Below are positions 51,865-64,000 of a DNA stretch of 64,000 nt, piece by piece. The stretch is from Selaginella moellendorffii (taxonomy: Eukaryota > Plantae > Lycopodiophyta): the NCBI RefSeq assembly GCF_000143415.4, contig NW_003314273.1, forward strand, positions 2,542,719 to 2,606,718, given 5' to 3'. Made by a program: the position numbers and the translations under genes. Below the pieces are notes generated by a model that searched no databases, was not told the origin of the DNA, and worked only from the letters and a program-made list of their open reading frames with translations. Position 1 is the stretch's first letter, and each line of letters starts with the position of its first letter.

Positions 51865-53795
51865 TCTATAGGGAATGCTGAACTTTCTGGGCCGCCAGAT
51901 CCAGCCAATCGCAGCCATCCGATAGGGGGTAATTGTAAAGTTGTTATTTCTTTAACCACGTCTTATTGAATAATCATGCTGATGTTTGCTCTCGGCCAAT
52001 GGGAGGTGGCCAAGCTGCATGGGGCAAGAGAAGAAGGCATTGCAACACATGGCACATGCAAATGTGTTGATTGTGACTGTGTTTGTCACATGTCAAGCGA
52101 ATTGGTATTGATTTTTGTTTTTCTAGGGTTTATGAAATGGTGAGACAGCCCTTGCCACTATTGCCAATTCGCAATCCAAATCTGAGGCACTGTGTCAACG
52201 CTGCTAGAATGAGCCATGTCCTGGTATTGTTTGTGTCAAGATCTTGCTTCTTGCTTTCTTATGTGAGTTTCATTTTCTTAGCATGCCTATTTAATGGGCT
52301 CTTGTATTGCTTGCTCTGCACAGCTAGGCTGTGTTGCTGCCTCTCTGCACACTACAGAACCAAGCCTTGGGGCTGCCTGGATCACGGAGCCAGGATTTTA
52401 TCTCCCATTGCTTCTGCTCACTCGTGCAAGAGTTCCAGCAGCAGAAGGCTGAGAGTGTCAAGTCCACTGTGGTTAATCACAGTCGGGGTAAGCACAAACT
52501 CTTTCGCTGTTCCACCTTCCTCCGGTTGTGGGCGAAGGTTGGGTGCTGGGGTAGAGAATTGTTGGAGCATAAGCCATAGACATTAAGTGACAAAAAATGT
52601 TGCCTACTGTGGTTCTGTGGCCCTCCTACATTGTTTATCAATTTTTTTTTTGGCTCCTACAAAACTCTTGCAAGGGATTGTGTGGGCACAAGAACAACAG
52701 CTCTTGGGGTTCCCATAGGGCATGGCTCCTAAGTCTGCTAGTGATTGTACAGGAGATGTTGCTTAGGTGGCAAAACCATTGGGGCAAGAATATTGTTTCC
52801 TAGCTTGGATACTATGATTAAAATTCATTTTGATTTAAACTTGCCTCAATCAGTTAGTATAATTAAGATGGCAGTTAATTTTCTTCTTTATGTATATGTT
52901 TAGTTGACAAATAGAGAAGCTGTGCTGATGTATTGATCAGGCAATTACAATATGCTCAAGATGTGGGTTAGCTTAGTCTTAATATAAACAAATTAAACAC
53001 CTTCATAAATCTTGCAAATACAGGATATCAGGTTTTAAATTTATAGTTTATATATTAATAACAGTTATTTTTTGTATTTCTTTTCTTAGTTTTACTTGGG
53101 TCTGGGTAGTAGATTAGTGTTCTTAAAATTTTATTGTTCTATATTCTAAAAAAGACACATGGCAAAGTAACTCTTTACTAAATCTATATTACTTAAAATT
53201 AAATTAATTTATTTTGATTCTATTTCTAGGTGTTTGAGTTTAAAGGTTACATACAATTTTTTAATTTTAGGTTATGTTTAGGTCTGAGTAATATATTAAT
53301 GTTCTTAAATCTTAGTTATATATTTATTCATATTCCAAGTAAACACATAATATTTAAATGATGCTTCCCTAAATTAATGATAATTAATCTTAGTAGTTCT
53401 TCTTTATATTTCTATGAGTTGGGGTAGTAATATATTAGTTTTCTTAACATTTTAGGATTCTAAATTTATTTATATCTCAAATAAAAAATACTTTACATGT
53501 AACATCTAATTAATAAATTTATTTTTTGTAATTCTTATTTTATTGTTTTTCTCTTGAAGTGTACTAAATATATTTATTCTTATATCTATAAAAAAACTCA
53601 TTCTTAAAATTTTTTATTTTAATTTGTTCTAGGTTGAGTATTAAATGTATTAAAATCTTAATAGTCTAAACATATCTGTATTCCTAAGTAATACTGCATA
53701 TATTATCTTTATCAATAATATTTACTTAGTAATTCTTATTTTACACTTTTACGAATATATCAATGTTCTAAATATATAGTCTATGCTAGTGTGTG

Positions 53796-53871
<76 letters not shown>
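51865..53871 (+). mobile_element. Non-autonomous Helitron, 5' portion, abutting the previous Helitron's 3' end
   Basis: Begins TCTATA directly after CTAG; first ~200 bp match the 5' ends at 22515 and 33581; ~52755-53800 is homologous to the minus-strand Helitron at 4777-5722. Confidence 0.65.
53790..53871. repeat. (GT)n(TA)n microsatellite
   Basis: Short GT run followed by a long TA run. Confidence 0.95.
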
Positions 53872-53874
<3 letters not shown>

Positions 53875-55139
53875 TAAAATTACTAAGTTTTGTACTCATC
53901 CAGCATCTGTTGAGCAATACTAGGAAGTTGTAGCCAAAGAGGGAAAAACTCTCCTTTTACCACAGCCCCTCCTATTCTACCCTTGCAGCCAAGGAAATTT
54001 TCTTTATCACAACTCCTTGACACCAAAGTTTCACTTGCTCCAGGTTTCTCTTCTTTACTGCAACTCCTTAGCCTCAAAGTTTGCAGAAGAAGAAGCAGTG
54101 CCGAGTGCTAGAGATGGAGGCCCAGGAGCTTGTGTTGGTCAAGCATAAAGGTTTATGGATGGATGATCGTCATATGCTGCACAAGAATTTTCCACTCATC
54201 TTTGTAGGATGCCTTAGCTAGGAATAGGTAAGATTTTTTTGTTCTTTCAGAGGAAATTCTATTTTCAAGTTTTGTGCTGGGTTTTAATACGAAAGAAGTT
54301 GGCTCTCACAATGGTAGCCATACTGCCATGGTTGGGCAAGTGCAATTGAAAGCATTCATTTTACCAGTAGTGGATGACTTTGAACTCTTGATTTTATGTA
54401 AGTGAATTTGCAGGACGTCGATATTTGGCAGACAGTTGGCCTTTGGAAGTACTCATCACCTGGACTTTTCCTTCTGGCCCAATATGCTCTCGGTGTTCTT
54501 GTTGCGACTGACTTATTTGTGGGAAATAGCATTTTAAAGAGTGCCAATGAAGTAGAAGGAATCGCTGAAGATGACACCTTTCGAGAGGATGGTATGCATT
54601 CTGTTATCGTGGACATTCCTATCTAACTTCACTTCTTTCTTTCAGAGCTAAGAAAGAAATGGATTCTGTTTATTGCGGTGATAAACAGAATCTAGGTTGG
54701 CTGTGAGATCGATGTTGTCCCACTCATAGTCACTGGAGTAGTTCCCAGTGAGAAATTCTTTATGTCTCTTTCTACAGCTACAATTCTCTTATACAAAACA
54801 CTGCAGGAAAATTAGAGCTATGCTTCAAGCTGTCATAAAACTCTTTGCCAATGTATTTGTCTTTTGGCTCAGAATTAGGTTTTTTCAATAACTTCACCTT
54901 GCCAACTCGCCAGCTTTTTGCTGGGCAATTTTTAGTGCATCTTCTAAGGTTTCCTCTTACTCCTGATTTGTGGATGCTCCCTCCTTTCTTCTCTTTCTCC
55001 CCTTTTTTCCTTCTCATCCCTTCGTTTTTTTTCCTCGGTGCCGATCAGGGTAGTCTCATTGGTGAGTGAGTGAGAGAGCTAGACAGGATCCAATCTTTCT
55101 TAGTAGCATCACATCAAGAAGAAAGAGGAAGAAGAAGAC

Positions 55140-55243
55140 ATGACTTCTCCAAGGCGATGCTCCATCCTCCTTTAAATGAAGGCGTTTGCTGCCAGGGATC
55201 GATCTACTCGCTCACACTGGAGGGACGAGTTCATGAAGAACAT
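55140..55243 (+). pseudogene. Group-A bZIP N-terminal fragment / uORF in leader of F-box copy 4
   Basis: CQGSIYSLTLE, frameshift, DEFMKNI; ATG at 55140 now opens an 11-codon uORF (MTSPRRCSILL*). Confidence 0.75.
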
Positions 55244-55294
55244 CACTCCTTATGATTACCTTTTAAAAATAGGTTAAGATCATTAGGGTTGCAA

Positions 55295-56347
55295 ATGAAT
55301 CAAGAAATTGAAGAGGAGGTGTTGCAGCAGCTGCCGCTGCGCGATGTCTGGCGGATGAGAGCAGTGTGCAAACGGTGGCGGGAATTGATCGACTCCCCAG
55401 GGTTTGGCGTGCGGCACGCACAGGCAAGCATTCCAGCAGCTGTTCCTTATGTTCTTGCAGGCACGTTGCGCGGAAGGATGTTCAGGGGCAACCCATTTAA
55501 CAACAGCAACGCCTTCAACTGGATAGAGATGGAAGTGTGCCCACAGGGGGGGTTTCTTATAGGAAGTGCTGGTGGATTGCTCTGCTTTTTGAAAGGGAAC
55601 CAGGTCCTAGTAGGCAATCCAGTCACTGGATGCTTTAGAGCGTTGCCAGATCTCAGGGCTAAAGGGCTGATTTCATCCTCTTACATGGGCATCAGTCAAG
55701 ACTTCAAGGAATACACAGTCTGCTTTGTAAAAAGTCGTTCTTGTGAAGAAAAAAAAGTTGAGATCAGAGGTAAGGTGAGAAGTGTCTACACAATGTTTAC
55801 AACAGCTCATGTATACAACTCGAGACTGGGATGCTGGAGGGCTGCTAGCACACCATTGGGATGGTGTCAGTTGGAGAATATGGGGGAAATGGTGGGCAAC
55901 GCTACTTTGTATTTGCTTTGTGGTCACTACAAGAATTTGAATGATCCAGAGTATGTCGGTCTGTTCACTTTGGATTTGGAAGGGATGAGGTTTGAATTAA
56001 AGCAGACTTGGCCATGGGATGAGCGGCTACACAGGAATCATGGTTTATTTGTTTCCTGCCATGGTCGGACAGGTGTGTTGTGCTGCACTCAATTCAAAAA
56101 CAGCATGCAGCTATGGTATATGCAAGGAGAAACAGGTGGTGATGTTGGAGGTGAAAATCTGGCTAAAGGTGTTGGTAAAGTATCCAATGCTATATGTTTG
56201 AATGGAGCTGTTTTATTTGTGGAGGAGAAGTCTTTATCTACAACCATTTTGAATTTATCTACTACAGATGCAGTTGCTTTCCCATTTCAGAAAAAATCCA
56301 ATCTAGCAAATTTTGTAGAATTTACACCTTCGCTTTTATTACCATAA
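55295..56347 (+). CDS. Intronless F-box protein, 350 aa (copy 4, intact)
   Basis: Open from ATG 55295; N-terminal F-box; LIGSAGGLLCF..VLVGNPVT and VYNSRLGCWR motifs typical of plant F-box/kelch-like or FBA-type C-termini; ends FTPSLLP. Confidence 0.9.
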   Translation: MNQEIEEEVLQQLPLRDVWRMRAVCKRWRELIDSPGFGVRHAQASIPAAVPYVLAGTLRGRMFRGNPFNNSNAFNWIEMEVCPQGGFLIGSAGGLLCFLKGNQVLVGNPVTGCFRALPDLRAKGLISSSYMGISQDFKEYTVCFVKSRSCEEKKVEIRGKVRSVYTMFTTAHVYNSRLGCWRAASTPLGWCQLENMGEMVGNATLYLLCGHYKNLNDPEYVGLFTLDLEGMRFELKQTWPWDERLHRNHGLFVSCHGRTGVLCCTQFKNSMQLWYMQGETGGDVGGENLAKGVGKVSNAICLNGAVLFVEEKSLSTTILNLSTTDAVAFPFQKKSNLANFVEFTPSLLLP

Positions 56348-56786
56348 TTTGTATTGTGTTTCTTTTTATAATATGAATTACTTAGTCTCGTCTATTACTT
56401 TTATTTTCCTCCTTGGGGAATTTCATGACAGCACTCTGCCAAGTGCCCAATACGAATGTATGAGATATGGGCATCTCTTTGTTTCTCTCACTCCTTCTAG
56501 GGTTTCCTCCCTAGTGCTCCTGATGCATGCTCTGGAGCTCCTTGTTGCTTGTGATCAATAGCTCATCTCGTGTGATCTGTTTATCCTCCCTCTTTTCTTC
56601 TCTTTCTCCCCCTTTTTTTCTGCAAAAGTTGGAGACTTGATCAAGAGAGAAGCATGCACTTACAAGTATATAAAATATTAAAAAAATGGAGGAATATAAT
56701 CATGCCAAAAATGTAGAATACTTACAGTTTAAAAAATATCATTTTTTTTAATTGTGTTGTTGTTTTTTCTTCCAAATATATATATT

Positions 56787-58410
56787 AGTTCAACTTCTTG
56801 TAGTCGATCCAACATTTTATGAACATCACAAAAGTGTTTCTCCCATGTCCCCTTTGAGTGGATCAAGACATCATAAATGAAGTCAGTAATCACCTTTGGC
56901 ATATTGTAAAGAATCTCATTTATCATCCGTTAAAAAATTGTTGAAGCATTATTCAAACAAACAGCATCACAATGAACTCGTACAAACTAAACAATGTATG
57001 AAAAACAGTTTTAAGAATATCTTTTTCAGCCATCGGTACTTGCTAGTACCCAGAAGCAAGATATAACTTGGTAAACCAATAACTTTTCCAAACGATCCAA
57101 AAAATCAATAATGTGAGGAAGAGGGTACACATCTGGGATCATCACTTCATTTAACAAATGATAGTCAATGTAAAAACGAATACTCCCATCAAGCTTTGTC
57201 ACAAGATGAGGTTCACATACCCAAGGATTTCGCGACTTTTGAATAACTCCCTTTTTTAACATTTTTTGATGTAAAATCTTGATCTCTTTGGGTGACTGAT
57301 GACAAATAGAAACCTCGATTAAACAAGCATCCCTAGTTGGAATCAGATGACATATGCCACTATTGGCCCCACACGATAGGTCAAAGTCAAAGAGTTTAAC
57401 ATACTCCTTCATGAGTTGATCAACCGCTGCAACACAAAGATTGTCAGAAGGATCAGAAAAGGGAAGAGTGGAACAAGATGGAAACATAATAGGAAGTAAT
57501 AGGGAGACAAAAGTAATGGAAGAAGAAGTAAAAGTAGAAGGACGAAAAAGTACAGAAGTGAAAGGAATAAATAAAATATAAAGAAGTATGAAATAAGGGG
57601 GAGAAGCCTCAAAATCACACTTGGCATGATTGTGCTACAACCAATCTATACCAAAGATAAGGTCAAAAACTTAACTCGGCACCACCCACAATGATTGCAA
57701 CCCAAGCTTCAAATCGCCTATATGCACAATTAGATCCACCTCATCTTGTGCACATACCTTTGCTATAAAGAATGAAAATTGGCTCTACTGCACAACACAA
57801 ATGTAGACGGCAATGTATGGCAATAGAACAAGCAATAAAAGATAAACTCGAATCTGTATCAATTAACATAGAGAAAATAATAGAAGACCTCTTGTTATAA
57901 AAACAAGTTTGGAAAGTAAACACTAGATGAATTGATATCAAATGAACCCTTTGATGATATTACCAAAAGAAAGATAGAGGGCTTATTGACTTAATCACGC
58001 AAGGTCCTTCTGCTACTCATGTGACTTCTTGTTTCCTAGAAGCATCTTGTTGTCCAAACCTTCCACTGCAGCAACACCAATGGGACATTATTGACACCAA
58101 GGTCTCTACCCAAGAAATGGAGAAAACGCTAATAATATTAATAGGTGTAACAATGATGTGTGGCAATTTTGGCCCACACGATAAGTCAAAGTTAAAGAGT
58201 TTGGCATACTCTTTCATGAGTTGATCAACCGCTACAACACAAAGATTGTCAAAGGGATCGGAAAGGGAAGAATGGAACAAGATGGAAATATAGAAAGACA
58301 TAATAGGAAGACAAAAGTAATAAAAGCAAAGGTAAAAGTAGAGGGATGAATAAGTACAGAAGTGAGAAGAATGGATGAAATATAAGAAAATATGAAATAA
58401 GGGGGAGAAG
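56787..58410 (-). mobile_element. Ty3/gypsy relic: protease and N-terminal RT (inverted segment)
   Basis: LIDTDSSLSFI; KGVIQKSRNPW..DGSIRFYIDYHLLN..DVYPLPHI; FIYDVLIHS..LDRLQE; internal duplication 57362-57633 / 58149-58410. Confidence 0.85.
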
Positions 58411-58954
58411 GGGAAGTCTAAACTCAAAAGCTTTGTGACCAAAGTAAAGGGGCATGGCCTTAGCGTAACGGGCTGATGTGTCGGTGGTACCTTGGGGTGT
58501 CGGTCATGGGATCGGACACGTGGAGCACTTGGATCAAGTGCAAAGGTTGAGTGGCGGGGATGCCATTCTCAGGGCTAACAAGCCCAAGTCTAAAATAGGA
58601 CTTATGGAAGTTGTGAGTGAGACTCCTCCAGGTGGTTGGAAGTGTGGTTAAGTGACTAAAATAGAATGGAAAATTTAGTCGCTTACAAAAAGCCTCAAAG
58701 TCACACTTAGCATGATTATACAAATATGTATATCAATTAGCCTAAAAACCTTAGTTGATTGGTATGAATTAAAACTAATCCGACGGTTACCAAAATCCCA
58801 CTATACTAATATTAGTATACAGCATCATAGCTGTACACTTGGACCTCACACTAGCATGATTGTATTTATAATATTGATTGGTTGTGAACTTCAAGACATT
58901 TCTTTAAAAACTAAAAAGGTTAGACTAAGAGTTATATTTTATTTTCTTTTAAAA

Positions 58955-59665
58955 ATTGGTTTAAAGTTGAAGTGGTTGAAGTGCGTGTTTGGGTCCAAGA
59001 ACACGACTTATCTTGGGTACCATATTTCTCATAAGGATTTACAAATTGATCTTGACAAACTTATGGCTGTTCTATAGTTCCCTACTCCAAAGTGTGTGAA
59101 TGATGTGTAACATTTCTTGGGCAAAGTGCAGTATATTAATTGTTTTGTGACTGCACCATTACAAGCATTGCTAAAGTCATCAACGTCATCTTTCATCTAG
59201 TCTACAGACTATGAGCAAGTGTTTATGTATCTCAAAGAGTAACGACTTTTCCATTTTGGCATATCCCAACTATACTCAACTTTTCATTTTGCACATGGAT
59301 GCTTTTAATATTAGTATTGGAGGTGTGTTGATGCAAAAGAGCCCAAATATGCTTTCAACACCATCTCATTACATATATAAATTATACATTACAACCAGTG
59401 GAGGCAAACTACTCCACGACAGAGAAGGAGTGTTTAGTAGTAGACTGGGGTTTTGAGAAACTTCATGTATATCTACATGGTTCTTGAATATTACTAAAAG
59501 GTGATCATCCTACCATTATTTCATTATTGAAGTAAAAAATCCTAGTTGGTCGTACTGTTTGGTGGGCTTTGAAGCTTCAGATATATAATTTTGATATTGT
59601 TCATTTCTTGAGAAGTTCTATAGCTGATGTTGATGCTCTTTCTCAAGCTCCTCTTCCTTCTTTGC
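58955..59665 (+). mobile_element. Ty3/gypsy relic: C-terminal RT and RNase H
   Basis: GLKLKWLKCVFG..YLGYHIS; LAYPNYTQLFILHMDA..IGGVLMQ; NYSTTEKECL; ADVDALS; cut by the LTR at 59666. Confidence 0.85.
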
Positions 59666-62600
59666 TGTCGCGAATGTGACTTCGGGTATCGAAAGTTACC
59701 TGTCGGCTAGTCCTTATGGACACTCTTACCTTACTGCCACGATGGCAGGAGGTCGGTATTGCTGGACCCATTATCAGTTTCCCACTTGAGCTAGTTAAGA
59801 AACTGGTCAATGACCATGAACTTAGATTGGATAAACATAAGGTAGGAACCCTATGTGTTTCTTGCTGAGCTTACTTGGCCTGGTTTGAGAAACTTGAGTC
59901 ATTGGCTTGCACTTGCTAGTATCAAGAACCCCCGTGATATTGAGATTGGTCCCTTAATATCGCTAGATGATAGCTTACCGTGTTTGCCAAACACCCTCGC
60001 TATCATGCCCTTTGTGTTAGTCTCATTTCAGTCCCAAATGCTATTTATGGAAAGCGTCCAGATTTGCTCATTTGGCATATCTACGGAATGTAAAGATCGT
60101 ACTGAACACAATGGTGTTCATCCCGTGTCCAAATTCGCAATCTAGGGACATTCCATATTTAGTAAGTTTCAAGCTTATCCCAGAGACTAACTTCTGATAC
60201 TAAGGGAGGCTTGGAGTGAAAGCCCAAAGCGTGTGTTCCTCAAGAAGGGGCCTGTGGGGGGTTCCAAATGTATAGTAGGGATAGTGGGTAGGTCGGGCAT
60301 GGCTAACCAACCTGAGGCATAGTTTAGCTCTCGCTTGCGTGCCTGTCCTTGTTCTGCGTCCGGCTTGGGTCTAAGCCCAAGTTCCATTCCATGCTAGCTG
60401 GTGGAGTACCCATGTCCTCGCGTTAGGCCACTGGTATGCCGAAATAGCGCTAGACTCCATTTGGCTCCATTTTGCGTGCTGGTCCTGGCATTGGGATGTT
60501 GGTTGCTCCAGGACTGTTCCAAGTCGCTCCGGGCTCCTGTCCCTTCGCTCCTTGGGCTTTATGCTCGGGAGTTGCTCCGTGGTTCAGTTCCGTCACTCCT
60601 TGGTTCCATGCTTGGGAGTTTGGCACCATTCCTTCGTTCAGTGGCCCAAAGCCTTGAACCTCGGGTTCTTGTGGACACATGGCATGGACACGTGGCATGT
60701 GACATGTGGCATCTATCATGTGGCATAAAGAGGGTTTAGGTTCTGCTTCGTGGTGTTATCCTATGGTAAATCACCATAGGATAAAGGGTCAAAATCACAT
60801 GCGCTACATTTGGTATTAGAGAATGAGTCTCAGCAAATACTATTCAATGAGATTGGGCAACTAGTCTCATTGCATACGCAGAGATGAAAACGATGATCCG
60901 AGTGGGTACACGTTTGGGTGCAAAGGCTTCGCAATCGTTCCTTGGGTATAGTTTTTAGTTACCTTTTTTGTACCGTAATAATGTGAGCTTGCTCTTGGGC
61001 TCATAGGATGGATGTGAGATGTTTCGTTTGCACAAGTTTGCGCTTGGGCTCGTGAGTGAGGCACATTAGCAACTCAAGGTTACACTTTGAGTTGGCAGGA
61101 TTAATGCTAGCCTATCAGTGGTTCCATGAGTTGTTCCATGTACCATGGGTAAAAGCAAACTTCCCCTGAGTTTGCTATGAGTGGCTAATAGGTTGGTCTG
61201 TAGCTGTTTAGCACGGCACTAGTAGATCCTTCCTAGGCATGATTACAAGTGGATCAACTAAGACTGTAGGGATTAGTCTATTGGTTCAAGTAATCATTGC
61301 CGTGCTCTCTCATAAACTTTTCTTGGATTGGACTGAAGGCAGTGCGAACGCAAGCTTGAGGTGTAGTCAAAGATGAGACTGAAAAGAGAGTAGTTGGGGA
61401 CGAAAGATCAAACACGTAAATCATCTTCTCTTCTTGGAGAGATGATTTGCAACGAGGTGTTAACTCATTGCTCGTGTTCACATTATGCAATCAAGAGTCC
61501 CTACCTTGATGCATGTTGGAAATGATCGTCTTACAAGTGGTGAGTCATGGGATGGATAACGATGAAGTGTTATACCATTTTGTCTAGACTTGCTATTGGA
61601 AGACTTAGGTTACAATGCTCAACTCTTTTCCGGGGAACCTTGCTATTGCTCCTTGAGTAGCTTGGTGTTGGATTAGTTTTGAGTTTGGTCGGAAAGAGAG
61701 TGGCATGAGCTGTCTATGTTGTGAACAAAAGTTAGTGGTGTTGAGTGTTGTAAATCTCTATCGGTGGAGTGTGGCATTTATGTTGCATTTTGTCAAATCG
61801 AGTTAACACTTGATACTCACATAAACCTTTGTAGTAGTGACATGGGCATTGCTCATAGTGTTGCTTGATTGATGATCAAGTCATTGTGATACTTATATCA
61901 TATCCATGTGATAGTGGGCAATATGTTTACGAAGTTGCTTGGTTAACGATGATCAACCCCAAAGTGGTTGATGGAGAAGCTAATCTACTTGCACGTAGTA
62001 GCATTGTAGTAGCTTTGACTGGATTCTCAATAGTGGTCCATTATGCAAAGCTTAAGTTGGTTCCTTGTTCCTTGAGGGTTTGCCCATAAGGTGTTGGAAA
62101 AAAGTTATAGCGTTCATTTGCTATAGCTCATCGGTTGTTCTGTTAGCACTTGGAGTAGATTATTGGATGGAGAAAGTGTGTAGTTGAAACATTGACATCG
62201 CTAGCACTTGTGTTAGTGGAAGTGGCATAGTTATTTCGAGTGATGAGGAATTTTCCTTAAACCTTGATTTTCCATGTCATTTTTCTTGTTAGTGTATTAA
62301 GCTTCACATTAGATCTTGAGAATGATTGAAGAAGAGTGTTAGTGCAATATGGATATCTGAAGATATGGTCTTCTTGTTCAAGCCTTGGATGTTCCATTTG
62401 CATTTTACGGATGTCGGTGTTGAAAGAATGGGCAGAAAGATGTTCGAGGCTTAAGCATACTATGGGTCATGAGAATTGGTGTCAAAGTGAACCTATGTGA
62501 AGTTGTTGGTAGGAGGAAGTTGGTTGAGTCTTGAGAGTTTGCATTCCTAGACTGAGAGTCATTCTTTCTCTGGGATGGAAAATTTTCCACAAATTTTTTT

Positions 62601-64000
62601 AGACTTTTCCAATGGCTGATCTGTTATCACTTTGCTCGAAAACCATTCCATTTTCGTAAGCCAGTACAAATTAGTGAATGGGTTGGAGTTAACTTCGGTT
62701 GGCTTAGACCTTAGTAGGTAGTTTGTATGATGCGGCCCGAAAGGGATGTTGACTTTTGAAGCTAAAGCAATTGAGTTGGATAGAGTCTGGAGTTGATGTA
62801 GAAAAGTGGCCATTGCATTTTTCTAGAAAGGTGACCCTTGTGCCTTTCTTTTGTAGCATTGTGCTTGGTGGCAAGTTGCATTTTGCATTTTGTTAGACTC
62901 TATGAGAGTAATAGGCTTACTAGCTTCGGTCTAGGTCTGACGATAAGCTTATCCGCCGAAGAGCCAGAAGGCTATGTTTGTGGGCTACAGCCTCGATCAC
63001 AAAGCCTATCGTCTCTGGAATCCAATCACGAAGCAGGAGATCCTGAGCAGAGATGTGGTTTTCAACGAGAATTCGTTTCTTCCTTAGTGAGCTCTCACTG
63101 ATCTTGACTTGGTCTTGGTGGCCCTGCGCCTTGGCTGAGGATGGTGATGTCCAACTTAGTTGTTCGAGGTTGAGATGTTGGTACCCGTATTATAGCTTTG
63201 TTTATGAGGAGGTTGTGTACCGATATGAGTCCATCTCATGGTCTTCACTTTAGTTTCGACTTAGTGTTGATTATGTGTAGCTAGCCTCTTCAAGGCATGC
63301 TCAGACCTATTGACTAGATGTGTTGGTGAGCTTATCGCGGTTGAGTTGGATTTGAGTGGTCATTTAGTTTATGCTTGTCCATGAAACTTTATCTCATACC
63401 TAGGGTATTACGTTTATATTGGACAAGTGTATGACTAAATGACATGAGTTTAGTGTTTGGGTCTTGTGAAGGCAGGTTGAAAGAGTGATTGTTAGTTGCT
63501 TTGCGACTAGTGATTGCTTGTAGACTTTGTCAAAGATTGTTAATACTTGCTTCACTCGATGATGATTTAACGGTGATGGGTTTGCTTTACCAGATGGTGT
63601 TGCGGAAGATCGTGTCGTTAGACTTACATGGGTTTTCCATGTTGGCAAATTGACTCTACTTCTGTCGATATCATTTGGTTGCGTTTAGTTAGTGGTGTTG
63701 GATTTCATTGAGTCTTGGATGTGGTGATTCACTCCTTGATGAAGTGTTATCTGTAACTGAGTATTGTTGAAGGATTGGTCTCGGATACTGAGTTAAGTAT
63801 CTTCGACCTTGGTTAGCTTAGTTGCTAGAGAGTTTTAAGTGGTGATTTACTTTTGCTTTCTTCTAGCTTTGTTATAGTGTTGATGGCATTGAAGTGATGC
63901 CTTATCATTGATATTATTGATATTGGGATTCAAGTGAGATGAGATGTCTCCCTTTAGGATTGATATTGAGTTTCATTAGTCTCGATGAAGATAGTGTTGA
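59666..64000 (+). mobile_element. Large non-coding LTR retroelement (LARD-like), copy 2, runs off window
   Basis: LTR 59666-60808 (TGTCGCGAATGTGA...GCGCTACA), PBS TGGTATTAGAG, interior colinear with ~7576-10560. Confidence 0.87.
62911..63086 (+). mobile_element. Ty1/copia integrase C-terminal (GKGY/SH3-like) fragment
   Basis: DKL.PKSQKAMFVGYSLDHKAYRLWNPITKQEILSRDVVFNENSF; absent at the matching site (~9658) in copy 1. Confidence 0.8.

Overview
Eukaryotic (land-plant) genomic DNA; 47-70 nt GT-AG introns and a Tat-type retrotransposon with an extra RNase H between protease and RT suggest a lycophyte such as Selaginella (inference). The backbone is a degenerating tandem array with a ~9.9 kb period. 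Each unit has an intronless F-box gene (+) and, tail-to-tail, a 5-exon CYP72-clan P450 (-). There are four F-box copies (only 55295-56347 intact), two intact P450s, and the inverted 3' flank of a probable third P450 at the window start. The unit is a mosaic of captured pieces: an ABI5/AREB-type bZIP 5' fragment forming the F-box leader, a PICKLE/CHD3 PHD-chromodomain fragment, and a zinc-knuckle/G-patch retroelement remnant. Inserted between units are Helitrons (one with degenerate RepHel), intron-containing SMC6 and WEE1 fragments, a 674 bp TRIM, two copies of a large non-coding LTR element sharing the TRIM's termini, a Tat-like Ty3/gypsy element, an internally inverted gypsy relic and a MULE-like MITE. 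One assembly gap (17301-17871). No rRNA, tRNA or CRISPR seen. All alignments were done by eye; boundaries marked ~ are approximate.
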